In this document: positions 11,901 through 25,834 of the stretch, one piece after another
Numbering within the stretch: the stretch's first letter is position 1
Layout: every line of letters starts with the position of its first letter
Assembly (NCBI RefSeq): GCF_036365525.1
Contig: NC_090407.1
Coordinates: 24,766,084 to 24,830,083, forward strand
DNA length: 64,000 nucleotides
Direction: 5' to 3'
Origin: Heterodontus francisci
Lineage: Eukaryota
The notes under the pieces: generated by a model
The model's input: the letters and a program-made list of their open reading frames with translations, nothing else
What the model was told of the DNA's origin: nothing
Database searches by the model: none
Program-made: the position numbers and the translations under genes

Positions 11901-14764
11901 AGCTACCAAGGTCAATGAAAGAGCTCAGCTCCTTTTAGCATTAGATAATTGTAAGTATTTAAATATTTTATCTGCTCCTTCAAAAATTGTTTTGCTAATT
12001 AAACTCAAAAGTTTTCTGATAGCAAATATTGTGTCTGATCTTTGAGTTGCTCAGCTGCTGACATTCCCATTTTTAAAAAAAATTCAGGAAGAAACAAAAT
12101 CCAAATATAAAAGGCAGGAGGCGGAGAAACATGCAAATATGGAAGTTTCCATGGCATATGCAGAACACAAACAGCATTTACATCATTGAAATCAAGATTA
12201 GAGTCACAAGAGAAATGGATGTCAGAAGATGCAACCAGTTAAATATGCAAAGAATTTACTTAATTGATCTATTATAGATATTATGTTAAAAGAAAAACCG
12301 TTAAATCACAAACCGACAGCTTTCAGTCAGATTAGGAAGTGCAATGTGTTGCAACAAATGTATAATGAATTCATGAAACACAGTTACCCTTTAAGTTGTT
12401 GACTTACAAACTGTAGCACCATTTACTGGCAAAAAAATAAAATTCCCTCCAAATCACAGATGTCCAAAACTGACCAGTTAATTTGAATAACCACAGATAA
12501 ACCTGCTAAGAAATAGAAGTGACTATTCATAAAGCTAATGTCCCTCAGCTCACTTTTGACATTTGGCTGGGAATAAAGCAGATCAGTCACCATCTAAAAG
12601 TGGTGAACATCCAAGGTGGGATGATTCTCTTCGGAAACACTAATCTGCCTTCCCTGTTTCAGATACTTACAGACCTGCGGTGTATGTCCAGCATTTTCTG
12701 TTTTCCTTTGCATTATGTAAATGTGAGCAAGTTCTTCCAGCCCAGAATCTACTCTGCCTATGGTATATCAAGCATTGCTTATAGTTCTAGTACACTCCTT
12801 CACAAGACAGTGTGATGCAGCACTCCAACATTCTGCCACTGACACTGGAATATCTGTTTAAGTTACTAAAAAAAAAATTCTCATTCCTGTGTTTGGACTC
12901 TCCCTGTCGTTAACCTGACAGTCGATCTCTGATCGAGCTTTTGGTACTGAGCCCTCCCAAGAGCCACACCTGTTCGTAAAACACCTGGGAATAGTTCTTA
13001 CATTGAAGGCATTACAGGGCAGTGGAAATCTGGAACTTTCTTGCCCGCAAAAGGCTGATGGAGGCTGGTTGAATAAATGAGGTCAATTGAAATATCAAAC
13101 CCGAGATTGATAGATTTTGTTAAGCAAGGGTATTAAAGGGATAGGAAACCACGGCAGGATTGATGATTGACTCAGGTCAACTGTGAGCTGAACATCTTAA
13201 ATAAATTGAGCATTTTTGAAATTCTGAATGATTTGCTCCAAGTAGTTCATGCGAGCTGGGCCCCCTCACTTCCCGGAAAGCGAGTGAGCCCGTGATCTCC
13301 AACCAGTAGTGGGGTTGGGTTTTTCTATTTAAAAAAAAATAGAAATCTTAGTGTAATCAGTCACATGTCTAAAATAATTTCAGTACATTTGTGGGGAAAC
13401 TTGTTGGCAACATTGCACCCATTTGTACTTCAATATGCTCATATTGCAAAAGCAGCAGTCAGACACTCCAGGGATTTGGACCAAACACTGTAGCTGGTAG
13501 TCAGCCTGAGAACAGTACACAGTGACGATCCAGGTTTTTAAAAAAATTCTGCTTTTATTGTAAAGCCTTAAATGTCAGTTTATACCAACATCTGAATGCA
13601 GCTCCCACCTTCACAATTAACTGGCAGGCAGAACATTATACCAATGCTAGTTAGCAGTTTAACAGCAAAAAAAAAAGTCATTTGCCAATCCATCTCTTTC
13701 TCCTTTTAGGATAAATGAAACAATTAATTTGCCAATCAGATCTCAATTTCAATGTATTTTATAACTGGTTATCAAAGGAGGTTTCTGAAAGTCGTGCAGG
13801 CCCAGGAATGGAGCAGTGAGTGGAACTGACTGCTGCTTATCAAACAAAACCAGGAAGAAAATAGCATTTCTTTTTTAAAATGCACGTATAAGTGACTATT
13901 AGTGGCAAGGAATTTCAAAAGTGGCTAAAAACCAGAAGACTTTAAAAAAAAATGTGCAACTTAAAATAAAAATGTTCTTGCATCCTTGGATAGAATGGGA
14001 AATATCCAAGTAAGCTTCTACACAATAAGTTCATATAAAGTGCAAAGTTATTCATAGTCTGTTCAAGGATAAACCTTCATCCAACATACAGACAGCATAC
14101 ATTTTTTTTTTGGATAATACTATGCTAATAGTCATAAGATGTAAAATATTTTTTAATGAAGGAAACAAGCTAAAAGCTCAAGTCCCAGGGTGTAAGACAG
14201 GAAACATTCTAAAAGAGTAGGACAGGAAAGGTAAAGGAGGTGACACTAAGTTTGGGTTTTAAAAGCTTGTCCAAATGTAGGAGTAAAGGAAGACTAGAGG
14301 AGGTGAAGACTAAAGGAGGGAAGAGTTTCCAGTTCAGTTTCTGCGGAAGAATAAGAGTAGATAATTCTCTGACTCTCGATTTCAACACAGCGAGGATGCA
14401 GAGAAGACGAAGTGTCTGTAGGACAGAATATTTGCAGCTTCCGAGGAGCAAGAATGGAAAAATCAAAAGGAGTACTGCCTAAATCTGTAACATATTAGAG
14501 TCCAAACCTTATGGCATCATTATTTTGCAGCTCCCTGACCCTAAAGGATACTGAAACCGTTATTAAGTGAAGGGATCCCAATGAGTTAAATCAAATTTCA
14601 GAATCGTTAACTTTGACATTTTCTAACCACATCCACACAAATTTCAGCAGACTCTGATTTGATCTCAAAACGTCATGTAAGACGTGGTAATGTATTCCAA
14701 TTCAAATTCACATGATGCATTTTAAAATGTGAATTGTGTTTACAGGTAACTTACATAGACACCA

Positions 14765-15460
14765 AGGACAGGATTTTTCCGTGGGCTTCCGAACCTGTTA
14801 AGCTTAAATGTGGGTCAGAAGGCCGCACTGTGTGGTAAACAGTCTCTCATTGCGATTTTCCTTGTAGTGGCCAATTAATGGCCAGAGAGTGTGCGTAATG
14901 TCCAATTAATGATGGCTGGTGGGCTCTCGCAGTTCCAGGCTCTTCCAGCTTGAAAGGAGATGCAGACTGCAATGGAAGGTGCTTCAAAAAGAAGCCCTCT
15001 CTCCAACCTTTTTTTAAAGTCTAAATTAAAAATGGCTTTTGCAGCCAGAACATTACTGTGGGGTGGGGGTGGGGGCAGGGGGAGGGGAGAGGGAACCTTC
15101 TACTGGGTGGGCTGTGGCTGCTGCAGCACCCAGACAGGCAGGCAGGGCCTCCAAGCCTGCTCTAGAGCAGTGGCCTCAGGGTCAGACAGTGGTAGGACAG
15201 CTCCAAGCAGGTAAACTGGCCCCTGCCACCTGTGGGAACATTTAATTAGCCCTGTGGCCATTAACAAATTGGATTGGTTATCCACCGCATGTGGGTGGGT
15301 ACCCCTGCCAACACTGCCCTCCGCCCACCACCCCATCCTGCCTCTGCAAAAATGGCCCAGGGGGTTGGACTGAGCTGGGGAACCAGCATGCAGGCCAGCA
15401 GCACTATTTATAGCGCCCACCTGCCTTAGATCCCAGCAGGGGCTAAAAATCAAGCCCCAA
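14765..15460. mobile_element. Putative MITE (non-autonomous DNA transposon)
   Basis: GC-rich island with imperfect inverted ends (GGACAGGATTTTT...AAAAATCAAGCCC) and internal CCAATTAA/TTAATTAG motifs also seen at 47262-47805. Confidence 0.45.
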
Positions 15461-16625
15461 TTGTTTAAGTTCCCATTTCTCCCTCCCTCTCATACATATC
15501 GATTCCCTTCTAGGATACAGGTTCTGCACTTTTTGCTACCTTGCTCAAGTGGTCATTTCCTATCCATGAACTTCAAACAGCAAGTGTTGGCAGGTCATTC
15601 AACTGTGGAAAGCATCACAACCAAGACTGACCATGTCCTTGCCCAATGTTTGTAGACATTTTTCTACAGAGGTTACTGGATAGCGATCAGGAATGTGGCT
15701 GATTTCTTCCCTATCCTAGGGGATGTTGTAACTAAGTCAGTACAGAACAGGAATCAAATCTTCCTGTTAGGTATGGCTCAGTACCATACTAGACAATACA
15801 TTCATCAGGGAACTATACCCTTCCATATTTAAACTGCTTTTTGTAGAGAGTAGCTTTTTATATTTAGTATTCTCGATTCAATAAAAGTCTAAATGTAAAC
15901 TATACTTGACTAAAACCACTGCATCATTAAGAAGAGTACCACCACATCATTAAAAAGGTAGCTCCACCTGTTATCCTGAGTTGCTATGGTTTCACTGGGT
16001 TGTAACAGACATTAATAGTTGGTCATTTCTGGATGTCACAGCCCCTGGACTGCAACATCACTTAATGAGAGGGATTTGATTTGACACTTCCAGTCTCTAA
16101 GTACCACTGGTCCATATTACTAATTGGTAGCAACATACAAGCAGGTCGAGTATCGGTCTCCAATGGATCAATATGGCATTCCTTACACATAGGCAGAAGT
16201 GATAAATCTCCTAATGCAGCTGATCGGACAAGCCAGTTGAAAGCACCAGTCCTAAACGAAGAATTGAAGATTAGAGATATTTTTATACCAACTCTGTCCT
16301 TATAATTCTGTTAGTGACTTTCGTATATTGATTGTTTCCAGTGGGACAGGTATTGTGTAGCGAATGTTTATCTTCCGTCAATGACAATATGATGCATGAA
16401 GAGAAGGTTTTTGTACGATGAGTTCTTAGGATTGAGATTTCTCTGGTGATTTCAAGTTTGGGTATTTGCCAAATTACTTTATAATAATGATTGAGCAACA
16501 CTTTGAAATCCAATGAAAGCCTGGGTGGGTATTACTTCTGAAGCATTTTCTAAAATAAACCAGGTTTTCCTGTTGATATTGGCAGCAGTGGTTTCGTTTA
16601 TTGTGAAGTTCATTTTTTTTCCTTC

Positions 16626-16724
16626 TCACTCTGCCTCACTGATAAATGTTCTCTGTCCTCTTTGAACTAATGGTTTTCTTTCATCCGAGTTCTGCTTTTG
16701 ATATTTGAAAAACTGAAACAAAAT
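16626..16724 (-). CDS. SLC66A1: SLC66A1/PQLC2 last coding exon
   Basis: cag acceptor; ILFQFFKYQKQNSDERKPLVQRGQRTFISEAE*; 99 nt; ExxxLV dileucine-like lysosomal motif. Confidence 0.88.
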   Translation of the reverse strand: MLFQFFKYQKQNSDERKPLVQRGQRTFISEAE

Positions 16725-18815
16725 CTGCATAGGCTTTATTAAGGAGAAGCAAACAGTTTTCAAAATGCTTTATTGATGAATGTGTGTGTGCTCGAGGTAA
16801 ATCATGTTGGTTATGTGAAAATGAGACATTTCCCACTTTTGTCACCCAGGGTCATCACCAGGCAACTCCAGATCAGGGCTGAGATCCAGGGTAGAGTTCC
16901 CTCTACTCTGCTGCAGCACATCTTAAACAAATTCTCTCTCCTTCACCTCAACTTCGCCCACTATAGCCATCTAGACAACTCCATAACTTGCCAATTTAAT
17001 GCCAAACATTCCCCTCTCAGACAGCATCAAAAGAAATACACACACACGTTAAGTGATCATTCCTTTCAGTGCTGTTTGTGGAATCTTATTCACAAAATGG
17101 TTGCCATGGTTCCCTACAAAACTGTCCCTGCATTTCAAAGTAATTCATTGTACATGAAGAACCTTGGCGAGATTCCCCAGAGATGCGATAAGGTAACTAT
17201 GGGTAATTTTGACCTGTAGGTCCATGTTCACGAGAAAAAAGACTGAACCAGCCAAAGTCATTCATTCATATTGGATCTTTCCTATATTGCAAGAGTGACT
17301 ACACTTCAAAAGCACTGCAGTGGTTGTAATTCGCTTTGAGATGTTCGGAGATAGAGAAAGGCACTATATAAATAGAAGTTTTTCCTTTCTTTACAACCCA
17401 CAGGAGTCACCTTCATCCAGTCTGTCCAGGCTGCATTCCAGCCCAACCCCAGTTTTCGCTGTAACAGTCCAACCAATGCACCAGGGTACCAAAGAAAACT
17501 TTAGTCTTTAACAACTAACCTCAAAGCAAAAAGTCCCTCATCACCACACACTACACTCCAGTCAACCTGCTCACAGGTGCGCAAGGCTGTCCTAAATTAC
17601 CACAACTTTCCCCTATTCCCGACTGCATTATTGTCGACTGAAGCTCTACATTCACGTGGGGAAAGCCTCCCCCTGTCCCGGGATATTGAGTTAAAAATTT
17701 CAACAGCAACAAATACGACAGAATAAAGGAAAGACTTTGGTTGCTCTGGTAATGTCAGGGGATCCACCAACTGACAGGGAACAGACATCCTACAGAAGAG
17801 TTATACACATCTGAAACTTGGGTTAAAATCCAAGATACAAAAATGCACTCTCTCTCTTCCAAGAGATTGCGGGTTCTCTGTAAAATAACTGTTATTTGGC
17901 CTCAAATGGACAGGTGCACAGGGTACGAACACCATCCAGATTAGAGTCTGGCATGGCCCCACTCTATGGAGGTTACCCGAGAGGCCATTAATACTGCTTC
18001 TAGGTTGTCAAGAGGCTTCCTTTAATGGGATACGAAGGGCCCAATCTTCCCTCCTTCTCCCAACTGTGAATGACTAACTCAGCATTTTGGAAAGCAATAG
18101 AATGAGCTGCCTACAGTACAGAGGCTGCAATCTCTGCTATTCGTACTGGGATTAGTGACCAGGCTGAGCTGAATTTTCACAGCAAACACTGACTCACTAC
18201 CCAGTAGAGAGTCAGTGTGAAACATTTTACCATCTCTTGCCTCCCTTACTGCACTAGATGCAGCTAAAGGTCAAAGTGGAGAGACTGGGTCAAGACTGCA
18301 CAGATGACATATTTACTGCTTATGCCATATCCAAACTATTTTTATCTCTTTATTTTTCTCTCCTCCTGTCCAGAAGGTACTTTCTGGGGCTTGGTTTAAT
18401 GAGCAAGCCACCCTCCTGTCCCTCACTCAAGTGCCCATTCTTCAGGTCTGAATCTAGATTATCAGGTTATTCAACTGTTGTAAGCATCACAACCAAGCTC
18501 AATCCAGCCTTCACCCCTCTTCCATGCATATGCAGTTCCCAGAAGGAGTCACTGGATAGTCAACATCATGAGCACCAGCCCAGAAGGCACTATGGCCCAC
18601 TGTGGCACCACTACAGCCACTCTGGCTGGTGCCAACAACACAGCAGAAACGAGAGCGCAAATCTGGACCTTTCAGGACTGTACAATGCCATTACACACTG
18701 CGTGGCAGTTATCTGCAGCCATCAGTGCAGCCCCTCCAAGATGATGATTTCAGAACATCAGACCACTAAGTACAGTTGAAGCAGCCAGAGGACTCTTCAA
18801 AGAGTAAAAGGATAC

Positions 18816-19001
18816 CATAAGATCGAGTGACATGGTTCCCAAGCTGCCGATCAACCAGGGAATATGATGCACCACGTAGTTATCCTCGCTTTGTCCTTTT
18901 CTTGGGATTTTCAGCAGCACACTCAGGCCATATGTAAGATTCCCAATAATCATCAGGGCAAAGAGAAAGGGGGAGATGCCTTCTGTCGACTTTCTTTTAA
19001 A
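18816..19001 (-). CDS. SLC66A1: SLC66A1 coding exon 6
   Basis: cag/gt; FKRKSTEGISPFLFALMIIGNLTYGLSVLLK...HHIPWLIGSLGTMSLDLM; 186 nt; matches the second half of PQLC2. Confidence 0.95.
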
Positions 19002-19169
19002 CTGAGAAGAAAAATGTAGAAAGTTTAGTAAAGAAAATACAAATGGTAACACAAGAAATATTTCTTACCCTAAATACACTCCTCTGAGTCTTGCTAGATT
19101 TTGGCTGCACTATACAGCTTCAGTACCACACAGTGCATAACCACCAGCTCAACAGCCTCAAACACTTAC

Positions 19170-19262
19170 GTTTCTGCACAGCTGAGGCAACCTGGATGCC
19201 AAGTAAAACACAGATGAAAAGGAGCCAATTGTAAATCCGATGATTTCTTGAGTAGAAAATTG
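19170..19262 (-). CDS. SLC66A1: SLC66A1 coding exon 5 (second PQ motif)
   Basis: cag/gtaag; QFSTQEIIGFTIGSFSSVFYLASRLPQLCRN; 93 nt. Confidence 0.95.
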
Positions 19263-19619
19263 CTGCAAAACGACAAAATTACAGACTAAATATAAACAGT
19301 ATAATACAAAAAAGTGAACCAATATTACAAACACCTGTAGAATGGCAGTTGAGCTTTATTTTCCCTGTAATTGAAGTTTGAGATTTTGAATGGACTGGAC
19401 GTGGAGTTTCCACTGGTATTGCTCAGTGTGTTAAAATCAAGCGTTCTAGCCGATTGGGGGTTATGTTAAATTTGACATATCTTGTAAGGAAGAATAAACA
19501 CATGAAATATACACTCAGTATATATTTAAGAATTAACAGAGGAGCAGAGGGAGAGGGAATAGAAATTCAGCTGCATAAATTTTTATAATGTTTTATTTCC
19601 CAGGTGAGAAATCTGTCAT

Positions 19620-20170
19620 AAGAGCATATAGGATCCTAGGCTTGAGAACTACAGCTATGGAGTTTTCGAAAAAAGAGGAAATGTTAAACCTGTAGAAATC
19701 ATTGATTTAAGCCAGTTAAAATATATTCAATTTTGGGTGGCCTGCTATAGGAAGGCTGGCAAGACCATGGAAAGGGTGCAGAAGAGATATACTAAGATGA
19801 AAGCATCTTAGGAAATATTTCTACACGCAAAAAGGTGGTAGAGGCTTGGAACTCATAAGCGAGAATGGCAATTGATACTAGATTGATTGTTAATTTTGAA
19901 TGAGATTGACAGACTTTAGTTAACTAAAGGTATTAAGGGATATGAGCAAAGGCAGAAATATAGAGTTAGGTTGCAGATCAACCAATGAACGTCAAACAGG
20001 CTTAAAGGGCAAAATGGTCTACTCTTGTTTCTACGTTATGAATAAGAGGCTTCAGTTATGAGGAAAGTCTGGAGAAAAAGGAAAGGGAGGGGAGTGTCTT
20101 TTTATTAGGGCAGAGAAAGTTAAGGTGATATCAGATAGAGGTGTTCAAAATGGAGAGGTTTTGATAAAGT
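19620..20170 (+). mobile_element. Old CR1-type fragments (one 3' end nested in another)
   Basis: GGAAAGGGTGCAGAAGAGATATACTAAGATGA is interrupted by a CR1 tail (GGTATTAAGGGATATG...AAATGGTCTACTCTTG) and resumes GAGGCTTCAGTTATGAGGAAAG. Confidence 0.55.
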
Positions 20171-20663
20171 CTTGAGGATTAAGGCTCTGTATTTCCATCA
20201 TTTTCTCACTTGCCAGCAAATTAGCTAAGAATTTACTTCTGCAATTCCCTCCCCTTGAAAACTTGCAGTTCTTAAACCAGAGCAGGTATTCAAACAGCTG
20301 CTCATAGGCCACATGCAACTCCTGAGCACTGGCAATTCAGCACTGGGAACCCAGACAACTCCACCTTTGTATTTCTCATTTGCTGGTTAGTCCAGTTTGA
20401 TGTTTTTTGGGGCCTGGAGGTTTTCAAAGGGCAGTTCTTAGCAGTTTTGACTCACTGGTGAATACATCCATAATAAAAGAATGCCAAATATATAGGAATG
20501 GGTAAACTTTACACAGCTGGCCCAGACTCCATGACACGCCTAATTAGCTCAAAGACGAAAAGGTTTGGAATTCTATGCCTTAAAGGATGTGTGTGGCTGG
20601 AGATAAACTTGCTGGGCAGATTATATCTTTTGTGCAGAAGGTGACAGTTAAGTTAGAACTGAC

Positions 20664-20815
20664 CTGGTTAGCAGAAAAATGAGGAACAGCCAACAGAGAA
20701 CGCCTAGTGAACTTCGGCATTTCTTCAATTGGAGACCCGAAGCCGTTGCCTGGTACCAAGCAGACAGTCGTTCCAAGCATCACAAACACGACAATTGCAT
20801 TGATTGTAGTTCCAT
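20664..20815 (-). CDS. SLC66A1: SLC66A1 coding exon 4
   Basis: cag/gtcag; (Y)GTTINAIVVFVMLGTTVCLVPG...FTRRSLLAVPHFSANQ; 152 nt; phase fits the neighbouring exons. Confidence 0.9.
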
Positions 20816-20914
20816 CTGTAAGAAACCACAGCTTTTGATGTCGTACACTTCTGAAACATTTCAATTTTTAAGAAGTAATTTGCTACATTTGCTAAGTGAG
20901 CAGTGACGGTTAAT

Positions 20915-21530
20915 ATAAATAAAAACCAGAAAATGCTGGAAATACACTGCAGGCCAAGAAGCATCAGTGCAGAGAGAACCTGTTAATGTTTCAAACTGAT
21001 GACGTTTTCGTCAGAACTGGAAAAAACTATTGCATCTCTTAACATTTAAGTACAGAGGCAGGGAAAGGAGAGAGGGGAGGAACAAAAGGGAAGGTCTGTG
21101 ATAGGGTGGAAGGCAGGAGGGATTAAATAACAAAAGGGATGATGCTGCAAGACAAAAAAGGGATGGTAATGGGACAAGTTTAGAAAAAAAAATAGATGGG
21201 TCTAGGGGAGCTGTAAGTGACCGTCACCCGGCATCTGGAAAATGGGAGCAGTAGTCATGGTCTGATATTGTCAAACTTAACGTTGATTGTAAGTTTGCAA
21301 AATACCCAAATGAAAGATAAGGTGCTGTTCCCTGAGCTTCATTCAAACAGTGTAAGATGCCGAGGTCAGAGTAGGAGGGGGGAGGAGCATTAAAATGGGG
21401 GGAAAAAAAATGACCGGTAGCTCAGGGTCACACTTGTGAACTGAACAGAGGTGCTCAACAAAGCAATCACCCAGTCTGTGTTTGGTCTCCCCAGCATAGA
21501 GGAGTCTTCATTGTGAGCAGCACTCGCATT
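20915..21530 (-). mobile_element. Penelope-like element remnant
   Basis: AAAAACCAGAAAATGCTGGAAATACAC...TCAGAACTGG, a purine-rich tract, then CAATCACCCAGTCTGTGTTTGGTCTCCCCAGCATAGAGG (reverse reads like a GIY-YIG YxGET segment). Confidence 0.55.
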
Positions 21531-23223
21531 GACCTTGGCCTCCTATACTGAGAAACAGTACCTCATCTTTTGATTGGAAGGGTCGGCTCAGTAAGAGATC
21601 ATGGCTTAGAGGTGGTGGGGTGAATGCAGGAAAATGGAAAGGTACTTCAAAGGCACTTACCTGCTGGATCCAGCAGTCCTCACCTCCCTTTAGCTGGTGG
21701 GTTTCCACAAGACACAAAAAACCTGGCTGGCCAGGGTGAAATTTAAAATGGAGATTAAATCTGAAGCATGCAGCCTCATTGTAATATTTAAATAACCAAC
21801 CCGCCTTTTGGGAGCTAGTTGATTGGTTGCCTGCCCCCATATCCCACCTCCATTAAAACCAGGTGGGTGGGTCGGATTTTGGCTTACATCCCACCTGACC
21901 CAAGACCACCCATTTTGGCGGTTAAAATTCCCACCTACGTTGAACTGTGTAGAGACTGTCATGAATGTGGGCAACCAAGTTAAAACTTCTTTCAATCAGC
22001 ACCCAACCCAACACTCATTAGTGCATTCATTTTTGGAGAGGAGTCTGACAACATGCTTTCCTGGAAAAGTTTGAATTTTAACATTGAAATGATACATTCT
22101 GGTTCACTTGAAACTTGCCAATTTATTAAATTGATAATAAAAGCTTAGAAAAATAAATGATATTTGGATTTATCCATTTCCAATAGACCATCATCCAGGG
22201 CATCATTTCCTCAATACCGACCTCAAATTACTCTTCCCTCCCCACCTCCAATCTCTCTGACCCACTTCTGCCAATTAACAATGGGTCTCCCCACCTCTGC
22301 TCACCATCCCAATTAACAATGGCCTGGCCAATCTCTTTTTAAAGTTCCTTCTCCCCTCATCATCTCCACACACACCCCACTACCACCGGCACTATTACTG
22401 CTCCAAGCAGGAATTCTCACAATAGGTCTGCATAATCAATCAGCAGGGACTGAAGAGTCACACTGACAAGTTAGGCAAAAACAAAGCTCATTTTCAACTC
22501 TTTGGCTACTTATAAGTGCACACACTGTGTACACTTGGGTATTTCCATAGCAGTGCAATCTATCTCTGACATGAAAATTAGACAAGATATGCATACTTTT
22601 GGGGAAGATAAGAAAATCAACCAAGTTTCCCTGGTTTGATCATCTACGAGCTCCTGCTGAAAGGTGTACCTAGCTATCAGGTGAGGGAAAGATAAGATTC
22701 CAACATGATGCGGCCACTGCTGATCGAATATCCTGCCAACAGGCCTTGCCTGGGCTCATGCAGGAAGGATGGTTATTTTGATCGATTCGAGCACTGCTGG
22801 CGTCTGTGGAACTGTATTGCAGCAATAGTCAGGAGAGGCACAGGGAGCTAATTTATTAATAGTAATCTTCCCAACAAAATTCAAGCCCCAATTCTACACT
22901 GGACAGAATGCGTCAAATAATATCAGATATTTAATTTGTGAAACCCAAAAATTCAGTATTATGCCCAGTGAATGGATGGCAAGTGCAGTAATCACACCAA
23001 TACATGGGCTGATGGGCTGTATCATTCTGCACTGTATCATTCGATGTTTACACATATTGTGTGTGCCTGCACCCAAACCGTGAGCAACTATACCCATTGC
23101 AGTACATGAAAAGTCAGAGACTTCGCATACTTCTTGGAAGATAAGCATGAGACAGAGAGAGAATCTTGCAGAGGGCCTCAAGGAGCAAGCAATACCATTC
23201 AATAGTTAGCATGAGTCACTCAC

Positions 23224-23311
23224 ATTGTCTGGGCTTATTCTTCATCGTGTAATAAGCATACATTGAGACCATTACCAGATCCACCACGACATAATACACG
23301 GCAGTGTAAGT
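23224..23311 (-). CDS. SLC66A1: SLC66A1 coding exon 3
   Basis: ctctttcag/gtgagt; TYTAVYYVVVDLVMVSMYAYYTMKNKPRQ; 88 nt. Confidence 0.95.
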
Positions 23312-24157
23312 CTGAAAGAGCAAGCAACAGCACTGGAGATAGGACAGGCAGCAACTAATTAAAAGAATTCTCTTCACTAAAGAAAAATCATCAGCAAAAC
23401 ATATTCTTTAAATCAAGTTTGTAATGGTCAGACTCTAGCGTAGTGCTGGTGTCTGGTTCGAAATGGAATCAAAACTGTCCCAATGCCTCTGTGCATAAAG
23501 CACCGGTAATGAGTTATTGAGTCACACTGACAAGATGATCCAGGTTCCATGCCCTGGGGGTGTGGTCTTCTGGTCTATTATTCAGTTTCACCCAGGGCTG
23601 TGCAACAGTCAGCAGGAAAGAGAATTTTCTTTTCAAATAATGATACTGATCTGGCTGGCTATCTTCAAGGTAAGGGGCACAGAGAGCCATCATGTGACCA
23701 GTGATGCAATGGAATTGGATCCAAGTGACTCCTCCTGCAATTTTATTGTGTTTCTGTCTTTCAGACCCCTTCCACCCCAACTGGAACTAATAGAGTGCTT
23801 TAAAATTTAATCTTACAGGGTCTGTAGGGAATCCTAAACCAACAGCTCACGAGAGATTTAATTACACAAGGTGCATTAATTGTTATGCCTATGATATTGA
23901 TTCACAATCCCATAATAACAGCTCAACTAGGGTCATTTAGTGGAGTTACCACAGTTCCACTCAATGCACAGCACAAATTGGTGCTGAATGCAAAACCAAA
24001 TCAAAAGCAGATCCTTTGAATCAGGTTGTTTGTTAGAGAAAAAGTCACATTGGAGTCAGTGTTGATCCAATTTTCAACTGCTTGTCTAACTGGGCTGTCA
24101 AAAGAATTCCTTGCATACAACACTATCATGCAACTTTATGGTGTGAAGACTGCTTAC

Positions 24158-24287
24158 CTGTATTGGCAATTGCTGAGCTAGGAAAGCACCAAGAAAATTG
24201 CAAGAGTCACCTGCCAGCCAACCCAATAGGAACCAAAGTGATACAGCTTGGTCCATGTTTCCGTTCTTACAGGAACTGTAACACTGC
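24158..24287 (-). CDS. SLC66A1: SLC66A1 coding exon 2
   Basis: cag/gtaag; (P)QCYSSCKNGNMDQAVSLWFLLGWLAGDSCNFLGAFLAQQLPIQ; 130 nt. Confidence 0.96.
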
Positions 24288-25269
24288 CTGAAGTAAAATT
24301 AACGAGTTAAAACCCTTTAAAAAAGGAAAACTGTAGACACCTCTTCCTTATGACACCCTGACTCAACAATGGGGCATTAATTTCTGGATACGGCAAGAGG
24401 AGGGAAGTCTGGTAGCGTGCTCCCCTGATCATTTTAATATGCTGGTTCACTTTAGACCTTAATTTTTTTTCAACATTGAAATATCTAGAAATAATGAATG
24501 CCACTTGGATTTATCCATTTTCAAGAGACCATCCAGATATATCATTTCCCCTATGGCTACCTCTTGTCACTATTTGCTCCCCTCCATGGAGAATAATCCT
24601 TCCCTATCAACAGGGGCAATCTCGAATCTCCTTTGGTGCTGCTTCTGCAGATGGCAAATCTAAATGTTCAAATCTAAGGTACAGAAACTAGGGATTAGAC
24701 TACTATCTATAAAATCACACACTTAAAATTTAAGTTACCAAAAACAATGAATAGTTGATTCCAAACTACTACGGAAATATTTGTTGTAGCATGAGATTTC
24801 CCAAGTTATTTTTCCTCCACCGTGCCCTAACAAAAGAGGAGAATATGACGAGATTTTTTAAAAATCAAAATGGCTTTGTTTGATTTTTTGTTTAAATTGG
24901 GCTTTACTGGATACAGCCAGAATTTGCTGAATTCACTAACAGATTTTAAAGAGAGTTGGTTCTTAATAAAGTGCTCTGTGCACAGATGATGGTGAACCTC
25001 ATCTTTTCAGGTAATTTTTGAGAGATCAGTTAAGGCATAGTCACAAAGAGGCCAGGATGTCCCATGCAGCAGGGAAAAATGTAACCAGGAAGTCCTATAT
25101 AAAAGAGTGATGAAATCATTTTAGCAGGCAGAGAAAGCACAGAGAGAGTGTGGAATAAAGAAAAAATTGCTCCTTTAAGTTAACTTGTGGACTTTAAAAA
25201 ATTCCCATTTATAGTGATTTTGATAGTTTCTCCCTATTTGCTCTCTTTCAAGAAGCAGGAATGTCAGTG

Positions 25270-25540
25270 ACCAAAGGACATAGATGTAAGGTAATTTAGC
25301 AAAAGAATCAAAAGGGAGAGATTTTTTATGCAATGAGTTGTTGTGATCTGGAATGCACAGCCTTAAAGGGTGGTGGAAGCAGATTCTACAGCAAGTTTCA
25401 AAAAATGGAATTAGATATATCCTTGAAAAGGAAAATAAAAATGCATGGCTATGAGGAAAGAGCCAGCGAGTGGGACTAATTGGACTGCTCTTTCAAAGAT
25501 GGGCCAAATAGCCTCCAGCAGTGCTGTGTCATTCTATGAT
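25270..25540 (+). mobile_element. Old CR1-type 3' end
   Basis: GTGACCAAAGGACATAGATGTAAGG...GATCTGGAATGCAC...GATGGGCCAAATAGCCTCC...ATTCTATGAT. Confidence 0.6.
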
Positions 25541-25834
25541 ATAGTAGGTCACTGACTACAATAGGTTACAAATAGCATGCTTGTAAACCAGGGTTTGAGG
25601 AGGAATCGTGCAAGCTTGGCAAAGAAATCCCAGCCTTGAAAAAAAATACTGCCAGCATTAAGTACACGGAATGTTCAAGTGTTCCTGATACCTGATGATC
25701 AGGATGCCTGGTACTGATTCATATGGACCAACAAGATTCCAGATTCAGTCTCAAGTATGTTTATTTTTAAAATTAATTCTCAGAATTTGGTCATCACTGG
25801 CAAAATGGCATCTATTAACCATTTATTAATATTA

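Noticed and set aside
18258-18779. 173-aa ORF antisense to SLC66A1 (similarly 16773-17219 and 31751-32308)
   Set aside because: They overlap repeat relics or low-complexity DNA and have no recognisable domain or splice structure.
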